The notes under the pieces are model-generated. The model searched no databases. It had not been told where the DNA came from and was given only the letters and a program-made list of their open reading frames with translations. Source: a virus (lineage: Duplodnaviria; Caudoviricetes). Taken from it: a stretch of 64,000 bases of DNA. The position numbers and the translations under genes were made by a program. This document shows positions 61,633 to 64,000 of this stretch, piece after piece; position 1 is the first letter of the stretch; each line of letters opens with the position of its first letter. The stretch is taken from the IMG/VR virus record IMGVR_UViG_3300021255_002485, positions 32,001 through 96,000 of that record, one strand, 5' to 3'.

Positions 61633-64000
61633 TCAATCCTCCATTTTATTTTCAATCATCTTAAGTCTTTTATACAAATCACTTAAGAAATTATAGAACT
61701 CTTCTTCCCAATCTTTCCCATCTCCGTCTCGATCCTGTGCTCTATCATATTGCGAAAGTTTTTTATCAATAGCAGTGCATATCTTATCTAATTCCACTCT
61801 GTTCATATACTTCTCCTAAATAATCTTCCCTATATATTCATCCCATCTATGTTCTCTAAAGCAAGGAAGGTAACATTTGCTCTTAACCTATTTTATTCAT
61901 TTCTCACTTTTGTAGGGTGTTGGCTCTTCATAATCCATATATGCTAACACGTAATCAACAATATCTTCTGACCATTCTGTCATATCCCAATATAATTTTG
62001 TTACTACTAATCCAATATCTCCACCTAATGTCACCCATAATATTCTATCTTTTGGTAATTCCTTACTTGGATTTGATACAGGAATCCATTTGTTCAGATT
62101 TTCCGAACTGCTCATTTGCTTTTCAAGAAGATCCATCAAGTTAGCAAGAAACTTGCACACTTCCTGCTGTGTACCGGTGCCACCATTATCTCGCAATTCT
62201 ATTATAGTTTCTTTTAACTCTTGCCATTGTTCTGTCATTATTTATCCCTCACTTTCCTGTGGCTCAATCTGTTGAACAGTAATATTTCAAAAGGCTTCTG
62301 ATAGCTTCTTTTTGTTTATCTGTTAATTTTTTAGTTTCCAATAATTTATCTATGACTACTAACTCCTCAAATGAAACATCATGAGGCTCACTTGGTTCTC
62401 TGTATTTGCTCATTCCTTATCCTCACTTCCTGACTTATTTAATGGATTGATAGATTCAAGATATTCTGTTAAAGTCATACCAGCTTTTTCTGCTTCTTTA
62501 GTCCACTGCTCTGTCTTTTCTATAATCTTATCTTTGTTAAAAATCATGTATATCCATACAAGCGTTCGTTCTTCCTCTGTCATTTTTTCAAAAATGTTAT
62601 CACCCATATTATTCCTCACTTTCTGCCTCAAAATCAGTAATGTTATTGATAAATTCTATCGCCTTGTCTTTGGCTTCAAGTATTTCTCCGTTTTCATATG
62701 ATTTTATTGCATCTTTAAGTATCTGTATCTGATTTTCGTCATCCATAAATTTCAAAATCTCCTTTCTGTAACATATCATCTACCTGCAATCGAACTTTCA
62801 TCATAAATAATTCGTCCTTTAATTGTTCCATTCTTGCTTGTATTCGTCCTAAGTCTTGATTATTTTGTGACAAACTTTTCATCTCTTCTTCAGTATATCC
62901 ATCATACTTAATCATTTGTTATATCATACCTCCTTGCTTTTGCACTTGTCGATGATCTCTAATACATCAACATTCCAAATTCGCTCAGGTGTGTCCCCGT
63001 CGGTAAGGCTCATTATCTCTGTTCTTATCTTGTCGAGAATAGGCTCTTGCTCTAACAACCGCTTGTAGTCTTTTAGCCATTCTGCTAACTGTCGGTGTTC
63101 TTCGGCACACGTAGAACATTGATTAGCTTCATGTCTCCAATCCAATTTAGAATATTCTAAATCCTGCGCTTCGTTTTCTTTCTCTTCCGCAACTTCCTCT
63201 GCGTGTTTAATTGCTTCATCAAGTTTCATTCGCTTACCTCACTTCCTGCCTGTAACGAACAATCTATAGGCTTTCCAAGTATATCTAATACTCCATCAAC
63301 TTTGTCAGCAAGTCTCCGGGGTATCTATAATCACCGTTGATTTGTTCATTCCCTCACTCACTTTCTCCAATCTGTAAATCCGATATAGGCATTGTGACCC
63401 CAATGTTCTATCTCTTCGATATCAAATGAAACATTGTTCTTTTCTGTAGATTCTTCATCTTTTCTTGATTCATCTGTGGTAGCCACAAAAACCTCTGCGT
63501 TCATATCCTCTTCAAGCAATCTTGTTATCAGTTCTTTGACTTTCATTTCTTATTCTTCCTTTTCTGTTTGTGTTTCATAATCACAATAATTATGATTTGT
63601 GCAATTCTCGCATTTTGTCTTACTACAATCTATCTTTGCGGGATCCTCGCTTTCTATCTGTGGCTCGTCCATAATCTCAACATCTTTTAGCCGTACTCTT
63701 TCAAGTTCTGAATCATCGTCTATCAGAGTGTCACATACGACTATCAGTATTTCTTCGCTGTAATTGTGCCTGACATTCTCATGTGGTATTCTCCCAAATG
63801 GTAGTTCTTTCCATACATTTGAGCGTATACCGTCATTTACGATTCTATAAACAAATCCCTCTTTCATATTAGAAACGTGTTTGATCCGGCATCTTTTACC
63901 AAAAAGCCCTAAAGGGGGCATATTGTACGTGTTACTCATTTTTTATCCTCACTTTCCTGTGGCTCAATCATCTTTATCCGCTAATCGGTAAAGCAAATAA
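61633..64000 (-). other. Second array of small coupled accessory ORFs with ESED-type junctions
   Basis: ORF-track genes plus hand-read ORFs 61633-61806, 62264-62413 and 62609-62746. Confidence 0.75.
63226..63349 (-). pseudogene. Broken or chimeric small ORF
   Basis: MNKSTVIIDTPETC* is followed in another frame by LADKVDGVLDILGKPIDCSLQAGSEVSE*. Confidence 0.55.

Noticed and set aside
24830-64000. CRISPR array interpretation of the junction repeats
   Set aside because: Repeats are degenerate, irregularly spaced and separated by whole genes; no cas genes (the Cas4-like nuclease sits in a replication module)
1-64000. Stop-codon recoding, introns or inteins
   Set aside because: Long genes are intact in the standard code, there is no suppressor tRNA, and dnaE, nrdD and the helicase are of normal length

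Overview
The window is about 64 kb of a large, AT-rich temperate siphophage with an SPbeta-like organisation. The host is probably a Clostridia/Lachnospiraceae-type Firmicute; this is inferred from the Shine-Dalgarno style, anaerobic NrdD, and HPr-like and SleB-like genes. Positions 1-23.2 kb (+) hold late genes: the tape measure C-terminal part, Dit, Tal/hub, several tail-fibre/baseplate proteins, holin, an LRR protein and a two-catalytic-domain endolysin. An intact attP (GAGGTGAC arm repeats flanking a tmRNA/tRNA-Ala-like 3' end) and a tyrosine integrase lie at the strand switch (23.4-24.8 kb). Positions 24.8-64 kb (-) hold dense arrays of small accessory genes, nrdD, dut, dnaE, three tRNAs, a Dam-type methylase, an RNA ligase, a replication module with an inserted cysteine desulfurase, and an SPbeta yopP/yopQ/mrpR-like lysogeny triad. 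The most notable observations are: (1) eleven ATRAAA-N6-TTTTAT-type palindromes at small-gene boundaries, resembling tyrosine-recombinase cores, alongside a second intact XerC-like recombinase, suggesting a phage integron-like cassette system; (2) an orphan IscB omegaRNA/HEARO scaffold with no iscB in the tail-fibre region; (3) a second, AESEDKE-type junction repeat with micro-domain shuffling; (4) hairpin-bracketed small RNA candidates whose loops are anti-Shine-Dalgarno sequences. All calls come from reading motifs by eye; no database searches were run.
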